Assembly: GCA_965279035.1 (NCBI GenBank)
Contig: OZ257142.1
Location: 896,001 to 960,000, forward strand
Direction: 5' to 3'
DNA length: 64,000 nt
Source: Bacteroidia bacterium
GTDB lineage: Bacteria > Bacteroidota > Bacteroidia > M30B66
Shown: in pieces, positions 27,852 to 38,329 of the stretch
Position numbering within the stretch: position 1 is the stretch's first letter
How the letters are laid out: every line of letters starts with the position of its first letter
Program-made: the position numbers and the translations under genes
The notes under the pieces: model-generated
The model's input: the letters and a program-made list of their open reading frames with translations, nothing else
The model's database searches: none
What the model was told of the DNA's origin: nothing

Positions 27852-29516
27852 TTAAAATGTCTTATGTGCTTTAATTCGAGCTGCGATGCGGATATGTAAT
27901 GCATCATTTTCAAGAATTTTAACAGCTAATTGACCTAAATCATAGGTAGTTAAACGGGCTTTAATCAATATGCGATCTGCTTCAAACTGTGAAATCTTTA
28001 GCCATTTAGCACGATCAATTGTAGCATCAGTAATTTTTTGAGATGGTGTTGTTACCGTTCCATTAGTTCCTGTTGCTCCTGGTAATAAAACCGGCTCATT
28101 CCCTTGCGTATATAAAGAATCAATAATTTGTAATGTTAAATTCGAGGGATCGAGTTGCTTGCAGAAATACACTTGAAGTTTTCCATCTGTTGGGAATCCA
28201 TTGATGATATTCAAGCGTAACATGATTTCATCTACATCTTCAGAAATCGATTTGAATTGAAATTCCAAAGTATCTCGCACTTGAAGGTCAAGCGTTAATC
28301 CATTCAAGGGCAAAGTAACTTCGCTATAAAGCCTAACTCTACTCGTATCTCGCAAAAAATAACCTGTTCCACTTGGGCTTGTATTAAATTGATAATTTCC
28401 TCGACTAAGCATGTATCGTGGAAATAAATTAATCACATCAGAAATATTTGAACTCCCATTCGTGAAATTATATTCTTGTTGAGAAGCAACTGATGATGAT
28501 TGGCCTTGTCCTGCAATGGAAGTTGGGAAAGTAAATCCACTTAAATCAACCGAAGGAATTGAAGTTCCTGGTCGATAAGCATTGAAACTAGTTTGTGTGT
28601 AATTAATAGGTAATCCAGTAGAATTACTCACTATAATTTTAGCCGAAGGATTTGAAAATAATAGGTTCTGAGCACTGATTACATTTTTGAAAATATGAAG
28701 AAATAAGGTGTCATCTTGATTCAGTGGAGCTGAATAATTTCCAAAATATCCTGAAAGTTTTCCAAAGGCTTCATCCTCAAAATTGAGTTGTGTTGTGAAA
28801 AGATTACCTGTTGGAATTGATTGGGAATTGGTTCGAGTAATATCGATTTTATAATGAATATTAACGACTTCACCAGTTGGTGATGGTGTTAAATATGCCC
28901 CAGCTAGATTACGTTCTATATTCGTTATAACTGGAGTTTGGTTGGAATATATGATGGGAACTACTTGTCGGTAAATTTGATTATTGATAATTAATTCTGG
29001 AATCTCAATCGTTATTGCCGTTGCTTGAGGAACCAAACTACTTATTGACAAGCGAAGTTTTCCGCTTTTAAAAAATACGGTATCGAGTTGTGATGCAGCG
29101 CCTAAAGTAGCATCGAAAGAATAAGGGAGTGAATATGAAACAGAATCTACGAGTGTCGCTCCAATTGTGGAATTTGCATTAAATGCAGCACTGTTTCCAG
29201 CGCTTGGACTAAAACTACTGCTAAGATTAACTTGAGGAAGAGATAGAAGTTCTGCAGCAGTTGGGCTAAGTGCAGTGCTTGAATAAATGACTTCTACAAT
29301 TCCTAAATCATCGGCCGAAATAACTGTAGGAGATTCATCTTTTGCTAAAATGTCTTTCGCTGTTAAAACTGAATTTACTAATGGAAATGCCAAATCGGGA
29401 TTCCATTCTGATTCAGATAGCTTAGAAAAATCATCCTTTAAACATCCAGAATACATGAAAAGAATCCCAGAAATTAGGGTGAAAAGAAGGCTTTTTATTG
29501 GGTAGATTTTTTTCAT
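27852..29516 (-). CDS. Uncharacterised beta-rich lipoprotein co-transcribed with the DUF5723-like barrel
   Basis: MKK start, YSGC lipobox, WNPDLAFPL; stop is 2 nt from the next start. Confidence 0.7.
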   Translation of the reverse strand: MKKIYPIKSLLFTLISGILFMYSGCLKDDFSKLSESEWNPDLAFPLVNSVLTAKDILAKDESPTVISADDLGIVEVIYSSTALSPTAAELLSLPQVNLSSSFSPSAGNSAAFNANSTIGATLVDSVSYSLPYSFDATLGAASQLDTVFFKSGKLRLSISSLVPQATAITIEIPELIINNQIYRQVVPIIYSNQTPVITNIERNLAGAYLTPSPTGEVVNIHYKIDITRTNSQSIPTGNLFTTQLNFEDEAFGKLSGYFGNYSAPLNQDDTLFLHIFKNVISAQNLLFSNPSAKIIVSNSTGLPINYTQTSFNAYRPGTSIPSVDLSGFTFPTSIAGQGQSSSVASQQEYNFTNGSSNISDVINLFPRYMLSRGNYQFNTSPSGTGYFLRDTSRVRLYSEVTLPLNGLTLDLQVRDTLEFQFKSISEDVDEIMLRLNIINGFPTDGKLQVYFCKQLDPSNLTLQIIDSLYTQGNEPVLLPGATGTNGTVTTPSQKITDATIDRAKWLKISQFEADRILIKARLTTYDLGQLAVKILENDALHIRIAARIKAHKTF

Positions 29517-29575
29517 CCGATTGGGTTCTGTTCGAAATATACTCAATATTTAATTAAACGAAATTCAAAAGGAGT

Positions 29576-30193
29576 TCAATGATTATCGAACAAACTCAGT
29601 TGTTTTGGTAATAATGTAAAGCTCATTCTATGGTAAATACATGGACCATATTCTCGTATTGCATTGCGATGAAAGAGTGTTCCGTATCCTTTGTTTTTTT
29701 TCCAATCATACTGAGGAAATTGCTGATGAATAATTTCCATCTCCTCATCTCGATGCGTCTTTGCAAGTATGGAAGCTGCTGCAATTGAACGGTATTTTCC
29801 ATCTCCTCCAACAATGCTTGTGTGTTCAATTCCAGGATAGGATTTGAATCTATTCCCATCAATCAATAAAAATTCGGGCTGAACTTTTAATTGTTCAATG
29901 GCTCGATGCATTGCAAGAAAGGAAGCCTGTAAAATATTAATGGTATCAATTTCATCTGCACTCGCTTTTCCTACCGCCCATGTGATCGCTTCAGATTCAA
30001 TAATTGGTCTTAAAAGATTCCTGCTTTTTTCACTTAATTGTTTGGAATCGTTTAATAATGGATGATGAAAATCGACTGGTAAAATAACTGCAGCAGCAAG
30101 CACTGGTCCTGCCAAGCAGCCTCTGCCAGCCTCATCCACACCAGCTTCACACTTCAAGGGATTAAAATAATGGAGTAATTCTACTTTTTTCAT
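29576..30193 (-). CDS. rnhB: Ribonuclease HII
   Basis: [43 protein letters not shown]. Confidence 0.97.
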   Translation of the reverse strand: MKKVELLHYFNPLKCEAGVDEAGRGCLAGPVLAAAVILPVDFHHPLLNDSKQLSEKSRNLLRPIIESEAITWAVGKASADEIDTINILQASFLAMHRAIEQLKVQPEFLLIDGNRFKSYPGIEHTSIVGGDGKYRSIAAASILAKTHRDEEMEIIHQQFPQYDWKKNKGYGTLFHRNAIREYGPCIYHRMSFTLLPKQLSLFDNH

Positions 30194-30258
30194 TTTGATA
30201 AAAATACATCGTGAGTTTCACATTTCATTATTTAAGGGAATTTGTATCTTTCAATCTG

Positions 30259-32058
30259 ATGAAACATTTCTTCTTTTCTATTTTTCTCATTTTACTTTTT
30301 GAGAACGGCTTTTCCCAATGTTCGGGATGCATAATTAACCCTGCTTGTACTATTACACCAGCAGCTCCAGCTTTATGTCCTGATGTTTTGCCCAATGCAA
30401 TTCAAGGAGAATTTTATGATATGGATATTACATTTTTTATCCCTCAACAATTCTATAATTCTTCCGCTGGTGTTAATGTAACAATCTCTCAAATTACAAT
30501 CACTTCAGTTTCAGGCTTGCCTTCGGGGCTATCATGGACAGCCAGCGAAAGCGATAACATTTACGATATCACCTCTGATACTTTAACTCAAAGAGGATGT
30601 GTGAAGATTTGTGGAACACCCAATGTGATTGGTTCATATACCGTTTCAGTGAACGTGATTGCAACAGTTACTTCTCCAATCTCAACAACTTCCCCTCAAA
30701 CATTTACGCTTCCAATGCTTGTTTTGCCCGGTGGTGGTGGAAATTCTGGATTTAGCTTCGATCCATCTTCTGGCTGTGATTCAATTCAAGTCGATTTTCA
30801 AGGCCTCATTACGAGTTCTACTCAACCAGTTCAATACTCCTGGGATTTTGGAAATGGAAATTCTTCCAATGAGCAATTTCCTCCAAGTCAATCGTATGCT
30901 ATTCCCGATACCTATTTTGTAAATCTTCAAACAGATCTACTGAATTACGTTCTTCAATCGGTTACGTTTAATTCTACTGGCTCCAATTGGTGTGGCGATA
31001 TTGAAGAGCCTTCCATACCCTTTGTAGGTACTTGCACTGGTTCTCCCGACATCTATTTTCAATTTACTGTTGGCTCTGCAACACAACAAAGTTCAACAAC
31101 CGATAATTCAACTTCGATGTCCTTAACCGACTTGAATTATGTGATTAATGAACCATCATTTAGCATTTCATTTTTTGATGAAGACCTTATAACAGCTCCC
31201 GACGATTTAGGAACGACTGTCGTACAAGTGAATGCTCCCGGGACGTTTAATTTCACAACCAGCGAAGGTTACGGCACTTATACCATAATCACTCAGATTG
31301 GACTTTCATTCAACAATACCGATACTGTAATCGTTTTTGCTTCTCCCGAAATTCCTCAAATTCAAGTCAGCGATTCCTTAGTTTGCGAAGGTGATTCTAT
31401 TCAGCTTTCGGTTGATACATCCTCTTTTTATCAATGGTATTTGCAAGGAGAACAAATTTTAGAAGCAAATGGCCCTTCTATATCCACACAAAATTCTGGA
31501 ACTTTTCAGGTTGAAGTTCGGAATGATGCTGGTTGTTCGACATTTTCTCCATCACAAACTGTTGTTGTTGCTAACAATCCAGATGAAGCAACCGTGTTTT
31601 TTAATCCAATAAGCAATGAATTTTTCTGCAATCCTGCGAATGATCTTGATTGGATTTGGCTCCTTGATTCTGTCGAAATTGTGGGCAGTAGCAATTTAAT
31701 TTCTTTCGTTCCAAATCAGATTGGTTATTATTCTGTAATCGTCACCAATTCATTGGGTTGCAGTGTTCAATCAGCGCCTGTTTATTTTACGAATGTTGGA
31801 TTGGAAGAATTATCAAGTCAATTGCAGTTCAACATTTTTCCTCAACCATTTCGATCGGGCAGTTTATTTATTGAAGGAATTGAAAAGCCAGCTTTGCTAA
31901 GAATTTATGATACAACGGGTAGGTTGTTAATTAATGAAAAGCTCTTTGGTGGGAAAACTCAAAGCATATCGATACCCGAAATTTCTTCAGGACTTTATTT
32001 CGTAAAGATAAATGGTGATAGAAATGAAGGTGTTCGCTTGCTCGTGGTGGGAAATTAA
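30259..32058 (+). CDS. T9SS type A cargo protein with PKD/Ig-like domains, function unknown
   Basis: Signal peptide MKHFFFS..., YSWDFGNG (PKD), IFPQP...IYDTTGR...SGLYFVKI CTD. Confidence 0.75.
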   Translation: MKHFFFSIFLILLFENGFSQCSGCIINPACTITPAAPALCPDVLPNAIQGEFYDMDITFFIPQQFYNSSAGVNVTISQITITSVSGLPSGLSWTASESDNIYDITSDTLTQRGCVKICGTPNVIGSYTVSVNVIATVTSPISTTSPQTFTLPMLVLPGGGGNSGFSFDPSSGCDSIQVDFQGLITSSTQPVQYSWDFGNGNSSNEQFPPSQSYAIPDTYFVNLQTDLLNYVLQSVTFNSTGSNWCGDIEEPSIPFVGTCTGSPDIYFQFTVGSATQQSSTTDNSTSMSLTDLNYVINEPSFSISFFDEDLITAPDDLGTTVVQVNAPGTFNFTTSEGYGTYTIITQIGLSFNNTDTVIVFASPEIPQIQVSDSLVCEGDSIQLSVDTSSFYQWYLQGEQILEANGPSISTQNSGTFQVEVRNDAGCSTFSPSQTVVVANNPDEATVFFNPISNEFFCNPANDLDWIWLLDSVEIVGSSNLISFVPNQIGYYSVIVTNSLGCSVQSAPVYFTNVGLEELSSQLQFNIFPQPFRSGSLFIEGIEKPALLRIYDTTGRLLINEKLFGGKTQSISIPEISSGLYFVKINGDRNEGVRLLVVGN

Positions 32059-32753
32059 ACATCGGTGAATTTATATCCAACACTGCGAATGGAGTGGAAA
32101 AACTGAGGTTCACGTGGATTAATTTCAAAGTATTTGCGAAATGCAAGAATGTAATTATCGATTGTTCTGGTAGAAGGAAAAATATCATAGCCCCAAACTT
32201 TTTCAAGAATTTGTCTTCTCGAAACCACTTCGCCTTTCCGATCAATTAACAACTTCAATAATTGAATTTCCTTTTTTGATAAAGTGAACGTTTCACCTCG
32301 GAAAGTAACAATGGTATAACGAGTGAAATCGATACTGTTTTGACCAAAAACATAATTTGCTGTTTCGGTATTGAGGCGAGCTCGATCAAGTCCACGCTTA
32401 ATTAGCGATTGAACACGAAGTAAAAGCTCTTCTAAATTAAAAGGCTTAGCTAAATAATCATCAGCGCCAAGTTTCAGTCCTTGAACTCGATCTGAACTCG
32501 TGTTTTTAGCCGTTAAAAAAAGGATTGGTACTTCTTGATTTTCTAAACGAATTGTTTCACAAACAGCAAATCCATCTATAAATGGAATCATTACATCAAG
32601 GATAATTAAATCATACCGTTCTCCAAGAGCTTTTTCAAGTGCTGCTCGACCATCGAAGACCGAAACCACTTGATGTCCTTCCAGTTCTAAGTTTAACTGA
32701 ATTATTTCTCTTAGGCTTTCTTCGTCTTCGGCTAATAAAATCCTGTATGCCAT
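32055..32753 (-). CDS. OmpR/PhoB family response regulator (orphan)
   Basis: ILLAEDE, ILDVMIP, FLTAK, GADDYLAKPF, winged helix TRTIDNYILAFRKYFE..SIRSVGY. Confidence 0.95.
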   Translation of the reverse strand: MAYRILLAEDEESLREIIQLNLELEGHQVVSVFDGRAALEKALGERYDLIILDVMIPFIDGFAVCETIRLENQEVPILFLTAKNTSSDRVQGLKLGADDYLAKPFNLEELLLRVQSLIKRGLDRARLNTETANYVFGQNSIDFTRYTIVTFRGETFTLSKKEIQLLKLLIDRKGEVVSRRQILEKVWGYDIFPSTRTIDNYILAFRKYFEINPREPQFFHSIRSVGYKFTDV

Positions 32754-32898
32754 GCTGCAAAGTAACAGGAAACAATCTCATGTTCACAACTAGCCATTTG
32801 AACGAATGACTGAAATGATCAAGCAATTAAATTCGTAAACTAGTTTTATTGAAACTTCAATCGATTGTTTTCGTTCACAAACAGCTAAAACCAAATTT

Positions 32899-34710
32899 AT
32901 GAAGCTCATTTATTCTTTAATGTTTATCCTATTTTTTTCACATGGTTTTGCTCAACGGAATTGTGGAACGATGGATCAATATGCGACTTCAATCCAAAAT
33001 AATTCAGCGATCATTCAGCAAAGGCAAGTCATAGAATCACAAATTCATACATGGATAGAACAACATCCATCTAATTCAACACGCACAGTTTTAACAATTC
33101 CGGTTGTTGTTCATGTTGTTTATAAAACATCAGCTGAAAATATTTCTGATAGTCAAATACAATCTCAATTGGATGTTTTGAATGAAGATTATTCGCGTTC
33201 AAATGCTGATGCTTCTCAAACTCCTACAGCATTTCAAGGTGTTGCAGCAAATTGTGAAATTCAATTTTGTTTAGCTCAACGTGATCCCAATAATCAACCA
33301 ACCAATGGTATTACGCGAACTCAAACTTTAGCTTCTTCTTTCCCTATTGGTGCTTCTGTTAAACACGCAAGTACCGGTGGAAAAGACGCTTGGCCAAGTG
33401 ATAATTACTTGAATATTTGGGTATGTAACTTAACAAGTCCAGTCATTGGGTTTGCTACATTACCCGGAACCTCTTCTCCCGATGAAGATGGTGTGGTGAT
33501 TATCTACAAACATTTTGGGAGAACAGGAACAGTAGAAGCTCCTTATAACAAAGGCCGAACAGCAACTCACGAAATTGGCCATTGGTTAAATCTACTTCAT
33601 ATCTGGGGTGATGATGAAAATAGTGGAGATAATTGTGCAGGATCAGATCAAGTAAGCGATACTCCAAATCAAGCAGGTCCCAATTTCGGTTGCCCAGGAG
33701 CATCAACGGCCTCTTGCAGTAATGGTGGCGATATGTTCATGAATTACATGGATTATACGGATGATGTATGCATGAATGTATTTTCCACAGGCCAAAAAAA
33801 TCGCATGCAAGCCACATTAAATGGAGTGCGATCAACTATCCCAATTTCTCCTGCTTGTCTACCTCCACCAATCATTCAATCTTGTGACACTCTTAATAAT
33901 ATAGTTGGTGGTGATGGGCTTGTGTACTATTATTCGTTTGAGGTTGATACCAATGATACTGGTTTTCTTACGGGTACGAATTCTCGCAATAGCTTAGCTT
34001 ATGCCGAAAAACATTCAGTTGTTAATCAACATACCATTGATGCAATCCGTTTTGATTTTGCTTATGCGATTGACGGAACTGGCTCGAGCAATTTGCATGT
34101 TGGTGTTTGGGAAGATGATGGGACGAATCCTCCGGGAAGTCCGGGAACACTCGTGGGTGAAGGGCAAATGGCTATTTCAGACATTGCAAACAATGTAGAT
34201 AATTTCACTTTCTCTGATGTAGTTCTTTCTCCTAGTGCTCTCGTTGATGGTGATTTTTATGTTGGATTCTTCACCAGCGATATTGCCGAAGACACCATTG
34301 CGGTTTATTCAAACCAAATAGATAAAGTCAATACAAATACTGCTTGGATCAAAAATTTTAACGGCAATTGGTTTGAGTTTAATTCCGATTCTACGTATGG
34401 ACCAACAGTAGCTTTGTCTTTAGCTATTCGTCCAGTAGCGTGTACAACCGTTGGAATGGAAGCTGTTTCAACTAAGAATCTGTTGATTTATCCAAATCCA
34501 AGCTCCGCTCAATTAACTGTTCAATTTCCTAATCAGTCTGGAATTCAATCTTGGCAATTGTTTTCTGTTGATGGAAGAGCCATACTAAACGGTCGATCAA
34601 CTTCCTCTACACTTCAAATAGATACTTCGATCATTCCTTCGGGTATTTATTTTTTCCGATCAACAGATGGGAAACAAGGATATTCATCTAAAATTTCTGT
34701 TTGTCATTAA
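32899..34710 (+). CDS. M43 (ulilysin/pappalysin) zinc metalloprotease with T9SS CTD
   Basis: RNCGT Cys switch, IPVVVHVV, HEIGHWLNLLH, Met-turn NYMDY, IYPNP CTD. Confidence 0.92.
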   Translation: MKLIYSLMFILFFSHGFAQRNCGTMDQYATSIQNNSAIIQQRQVIESQIHTWIEQHPSNSTRTVLTIPVVVHVVYKTSAENISDSQIQSQLDVLNEDYSRSNADASQTPTAFQGVAANCEIQFCLAQRDPNNQPTNGITRTQTLASSFPIGASVKHASTGGKDAWPSDNYLNIWVCNLTSPVIGFATLPGTSSPDEDGVVIIYKHFGRTGTVEAPYNKGRTATHEIGHWLNLLHIWGDDENSGDNCAGSDQVSDTPNQAGPNFGCPGASTASCSNGGDMFMNYMDYTDDVCMNVFSTGQKNRMQATLNGVRSTIPISPACLPPPIIQSCDTLNNIVGGDGLVYYYSFEVDTNDTGFLTGTNSRNSLAYAEKHSVVNQHTIDAIRFDFAYAIDGTGSSNLHVGVWEDDGTNPPGSPGTLVGEGQMAISDIANNVDNFTFSDVVLSPSALVDGDFYVGFFTSDIAEDTIAVYSNQIDKVNTNTAWIKNFNGNWFEFNSDSTYGPTVALSLAIRPVACTTVGMEAVSTKNLLIYPNPSSAQLTVQFPNQSGIQSWQLFSVDGRAILNGRSTSSTLQIDTSIIPSGIYFFRSTDGKQGYSSKISVCH

Positions 34711-34743
34711 GTTCGAAATAACCATTTGCTTGCTTGCTTGTTG

Positions 34744-34751
34744 TAAGTTTG
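34744..34751 (+). promoter_or_regulatory. -7 promoter element TAAGTTTG for mqnE
   Basis: Exact TAnnTTTG match 19 nt upstream of the ATG. Confidence 0.55.
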
Positions 34752-34769
34752 TCGAACCTATTTTAAGGA

Positions 34770-35915
34770 ATGCATTCTATCATCGAAGCTACTGCCGATA
34801 GCGAATTACGGCGCATTGCAAACAAAGTTTTTAGTTCAGAACGAATTTCTCCTTCGGAAGGAATCTACCTCTTTGAAAATGCCGAACTCGGATTTCTAGG
34901 AGTTCTAGCAAATCACATACGTGAATCGCGGTTTGGATTGCAGACTTTTTTCAATCGAAATTTCCATATAGAACCTACAAACATTTGTGTTTACGATTGT
35001 AAATTCTGTTCGTATTCGCGTTTGTTAAAACACAAGCAAGATGGTTGGGAATTAAGCGAAGAAGAAATTCTCGAGAAAGTTCGAAGCTATCATGGCGTTC
35101 CCATTACCGAAGTGCATATTGTTGGTGGCGTTCACCCGAAAATGGGCTTACAGTACTTTGCCAGTCTGATTCGTAAAATCAAAGAAATTCGTCCCGATAT
35201 CCATGTCAAAGCATTTACTGCTGTGGAATTGGATTATATGTGTCGAAAAGCAAAGCTGACTTATGCCGAAGGTTTGCAGATTTTGAAAGATCATGGGCAG
35301 GATTCATTACCTGGTGGAGGAGCAGAAATTTTTGATGAAGCACTTCGTGCTGAAATTTGTGGAGATAAATGCACCGCTTCCGAATGGCTTGAAATTCACG
35401 AAACGGCCCATCAACTTGGAATGCCTTCGAATGCAACGATGCTTTATGGTCATATCGAAAGCTATGCACATCGTATCGATCACATGGAGCGTTTGCGCCA
35501 GCTACAAGATCGAACTGGTGGTTTCAATACGTTTATCCCATTGAAGTTTCGCAACAAAGACAATCAAATGAGTCATGTGAGTGAGGTTTCTGTGATTGAA
35601 GATTTGAGAAACTATGCGATTTCACGAATTTACATGGATAACTTCGGTCATATAAAAGCATATTGGCCAATGATCGGAAGGAATACAGCACAGCTTTCTC
35701 TTTCTTTTGGAGTTGATGACATCGATGGAACTATCGACGATTCCACTCAGATATATTCTATGGCTGGTTCAGAAGAACAAAACCCAAGTTTATCCACTTC
35801 AGAATTAGTTGAAATGATTCAAGCAGTTGGGAAAATTCCAATCGAACGTGATACATTGTACCATGTGGTTCGCGATTATTCAAAACAACCAATTACCTTA
35901 GAAGAAGCTCTATAA
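34770..35915 (+). CDS. mqnE: Aminofutalosine synthase MqnE (CofH/MqnC-like radical SAM)
   Basis: EPTNICVYDCKFC, EVHIVGG.HP, HVKAFTAVE, PGGGAEIF, NATMLYGHIE, HIKAYW. Confidence 0.85.
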   Translation: MHSIIEATADSELRRIANKVFSSERISPSEGIYLFENAELGFLGVLANHIRESRFGLQTFFNRNFHIEPTNICVYDCKFCSYSRLLKHKQDGWELSEEEILEKVRSYHGVPITEVHIVGGVHPKMGLQYFASLIRKIKEIRPDIHVKAFTAVELDYMCRKAKLTYAEGLQILKDHGQDSLPGGGAEIFDEALRAEICGDKCTASEWLEIHETAHQLGMPSNATMLYGHIESYAHRIDHMERLRQLQDRTGGFNTFIPLKFRNKDNQMSHVSEVSVIEDLRNYAISRIYMDNFGHIKAYWPMIGRNTAQLSLSFGVDDIDGTIDDSTQIYSMAGSEEQNPSLSTSELVEMIQAVGKIPIERDTLYHVVRDYSKQPITLEEAL

Positions 35916-35918
35916 TCT

Positions 35919-36422
35919 ATGATTCAGTCGACTATAAATGGGAATTCTTTTGTTATCGAATTCGAAAGCGAAGGAAAGAATGGAACAATAAACGGTACTG
36001 ATTTCTCATGGGATTTACTACCCATTTCGGCAAACCGATTTAGTATTTTGAAGAATAATCGTTCATACAATGTCATCATAGAATCGCGCGATCCTGAAAC
36101 ACACTCAATTACGATTCGTGTCAATGGGAAAAAACTCCTTATAAGTACAAAGAACAAAATGATGCTTCTGCTCGAATCGATGGGTTTAAGTTCGGCAAGT
36201 TCTCAAAAGGTAAACGAAGTAAAAGCACCGATGCCAGGCTTAGTGCTAAGAGCATTGGTTAATGAAGGAGATGTAATAAAGAAAGGAGATAGTTTACTTG
36301 TTCTTGAAGCCATGAAAATGGAGAATGTTATTAAATCTCCGGTGGATGCTCAAATAGCTAAAATCCAAGTTCGACAAGGACAAGCAGTTGAAAAAAATCA
36401 GGTATTGATTCTATTCAATTGA
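35919..36422 (+). CDS. Biotin carboxyl carrier subunit of an acyl-CoA carboxylase
   Basis: KAPMPG and the EAMKMEN biotinylation motif. Confidence 0.92.
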   Translation: MIQSTINGNSFVIEFESEGKNGTINGTDFSWDLLPISANRFSILKNNRSYNVIIESRDPETHSITIRVNGKKLLISTKNKMMLLLESMGLSSASSQKVNEVKAPMPGLVLRALVNEGDVIKKGDSLLVLEAMKMENVIKSPVDAQIAKIQVRQGQAVEKNQVLILFN

Positions 36423-37454
36423 TCACCACTCCGTTTTAAATTGCTTCAAAAAGCGCATGTCATTTTGGGAGAAAAGTCGGAGGTCTTTCACTTGATATTT
36501 CAAAATGGCAATGCGTTCGATTCCCATCCCAAAAGCAAATCCTGAATATTTTTCAGCATCAATACCGCAATTCGTCATCACGTTTGGATGCACCATTCCG
36601 CAGCCTAAGATTTCAACCCAACCTGTGTATTTGCAAATATTGCAACCTTTCCCTTTGCAAACTGTACAGGAAATATCCATCTCAGCCGAAGGCTCAGTAA
36701 AGGGAAAATAGGAGGGACGAAGTCGAATTTTTGTGTCTTCGCCAAACAATTCTCTAGAGAATGTGAGTAGTGTTTGTTTTAAATCAGCAAAAGATACATT
36801 TTCATCCACATACAAGCCTTCCACTTGATGAAAAAAGCAATGTGCACGTGCTGAAATGGCTTCATTTCGATACACTCTACCAGGCATCAATAAACGCAAT
36901 GGTGGTTTTTGACTTTCCATCATGCGAATTTGAACAGACGAAGTATGAGTTCTTAAAGCAATGTCAGGATCTTTTTCGATAAAAAAGGTATCCTGCATAT
37001 CGCGAGCTGGGTGTTCAGCAGGGAAATTGAGTGCAGAGAAAATGTGCCAATCATCTTCAATTTCAGGTCCTTCGGCAATATTAAAACCTAATCGGGAGAA
37101 TATGGAATTGATTTCATTTGCAACTACAGACAATGGATGTCTGCTGCCACGTTGAAAAGACCAACCGGGTGCAGAGTAATCAAATGTTTCTGAATTTGTC
37201 GGCTTTCCTGATGCTTGAAGATTCTCAATGGATTCTTTCCAGGTGAGTTCAGCTGCTTGTTTTAATTCATTGAGCAACTTTCCAATGGGCTTTCTTTCTT
37301 CGAGCGTAACTTCTTTAAATCGTTCAAATAACGCGGGAACTAAACCTTTGCGACTTAAAAAACGAATCCGGTATTGTTCAGCTTCTTCGGCTGTTTGTAG
37401 CGCAATCGCTGTGATTTCTGATTTTATTCGTTCGATCTCTTCTGTCAATGTCAT
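36423..37454 (-). CDS. pheS: Phenylalanine--tRNA ligase alpha subunit
   Basis: HPARDMQDTF, LRTHTS, FHQVEG, RPSYFPFTEPS, GFAFGMGIER. Confidence 0.98.
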   Translation of the reverse strand: MTLTEEIERIKSEITAIALQTAEEAEQYRIRFLSRKGLVPALFERFKEVTLEERKPIGKLLNELKQAAELTWKESIENLQASGKPTNSETFDYSAPGWSFQRGSRHPLSVVANEINSIFSRLGFNIAEGPEIEDDWHIFSALNFPAEHPARDMQDTFFIEKDPDIALRTHTSSVQIRMMESQKPPLRLLMPGRVYRNEAISARAHCFFHQVEGLYVDENVSFADLKQTLLTFSRELFGEDTKIRLRPSYFPFTEPSAEMDISCTVCKGKGCNICKYTGWVEILGCGMVHPNVMTNCGIDAEKYSGFAFGMGIERIAILKYQVKDLRLFSQNDMRFLKQFKTEW

Positions 37455-37590
37455 GTTGCTCAATTTCGCTGCTAAGATAATGAAACTGTATGCCTTGTTC
37501 TATGTAACAAAGAAGAAGCATCTGCGTTTACTCAAAAGAAGCCGTATCTCTCAAAGATTTTTCTATTTTTGAACTCCTGAAATTTCAACC

Positions 37591-37956
37591 ATGGCATCCA
37601 AGTTTCGTTCAGCTATTTTTCTATTTACACTTGTTGCTTTATCTACAGTTGCTGGCTGTAAGAAAAAAGACACGACCTGTACTGCGGTCATTAAAGTTAT
37701 TCGCACAAATGGAAGTGTGGTTTCTGGAGCAAAAGTTCGATTAACATCCAATTGGGGACTTACCCAAAGTAATAACGAGCTTGCAGATTATCTTCCTGCA
37801 GACGAATTAACCGATGCCAATGGCATGGCGACATTTGAATTTAAATATCCTGGAATTTTGGATGTTGAGGTAACGCAAATCGCTTACGGATCCGGTACCG
37901 ATTTAATTAAATTAGAAGTTGGAGAAACAGTTACGAAAGTTGTAACTATCCAATAA
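37591..37956 (+). CDS. Small lipoprotein with a beta-sandwich (carboxypeptidase-regulatory-like) fold
   Basis: VAGC lipobox; VSGAKVRL..TDANGMATF pattern. Confidence 0.65.
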   Translation: MASKFRSAIFLFTLVALSTVAGCKKKDTTCTAVIKVIRTNGSVVSGAKVRLTSNWGLTQSNNELADYLPADELTDANGMATFEFKYPGILDVEVTQIAYGSGTDLIKLEVGETVTKVVTIQ

Positions 37957-38329
37957 TTGCAGAATTAGCTGCAAAATATTCTACCACACAGTCTTTCATT
38001 AATGCCAATTGTTGCCCTGGCGATAAGGGTGGTAACTTTTCGTTCAATTCCCAATGAGGATATCCATCATCATCTGTTCCTGAAAACGTGTAATATCCAT
38101 AAGGCTCCAATAATGTACATATAGCAATATGCATTAATTCGAGTTTCTGGTCTTTGCTGAATTTCAGTTTGCCTTTTCCCAATTCTTGAACGCCAATTAA
38201 AAACAATACGGCTTGCAAATCCAAATCACCATCAAATTGATGGTTCAATTCGGCAAGCAGTGTTTTCCAACGTTTTTCTACATCTTGAACATGCGAATCG
38301 CCTGTTCTGATGATTCGATAATCAGCCAT
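37946..38329 (-). CDS. Hypothetical protein
   Basis: Clean 127 aa ORF (LFLIGVQELG..KLELMHIAICTLL) abutting the upstream protease gene. Confidence 0.7.
   Translation of the reverse strand: MADYRIIRTGDSHVQDVEKRWKTLLAELNHQFDGDLDLQAVLFLIGVQELGKGKLKFSKDQKLELMHIAICTLLEPYGYYTFSGTDDDGYPHWELNEKLPPLSPGQQLALMKDCVVEYFAANSAIIG

Noticed and set aside
5814-37454. pheT and pheS separated by about 28 kb
   Set aside because: Unlinked pheS and pheT are usual in Bacteroidota.
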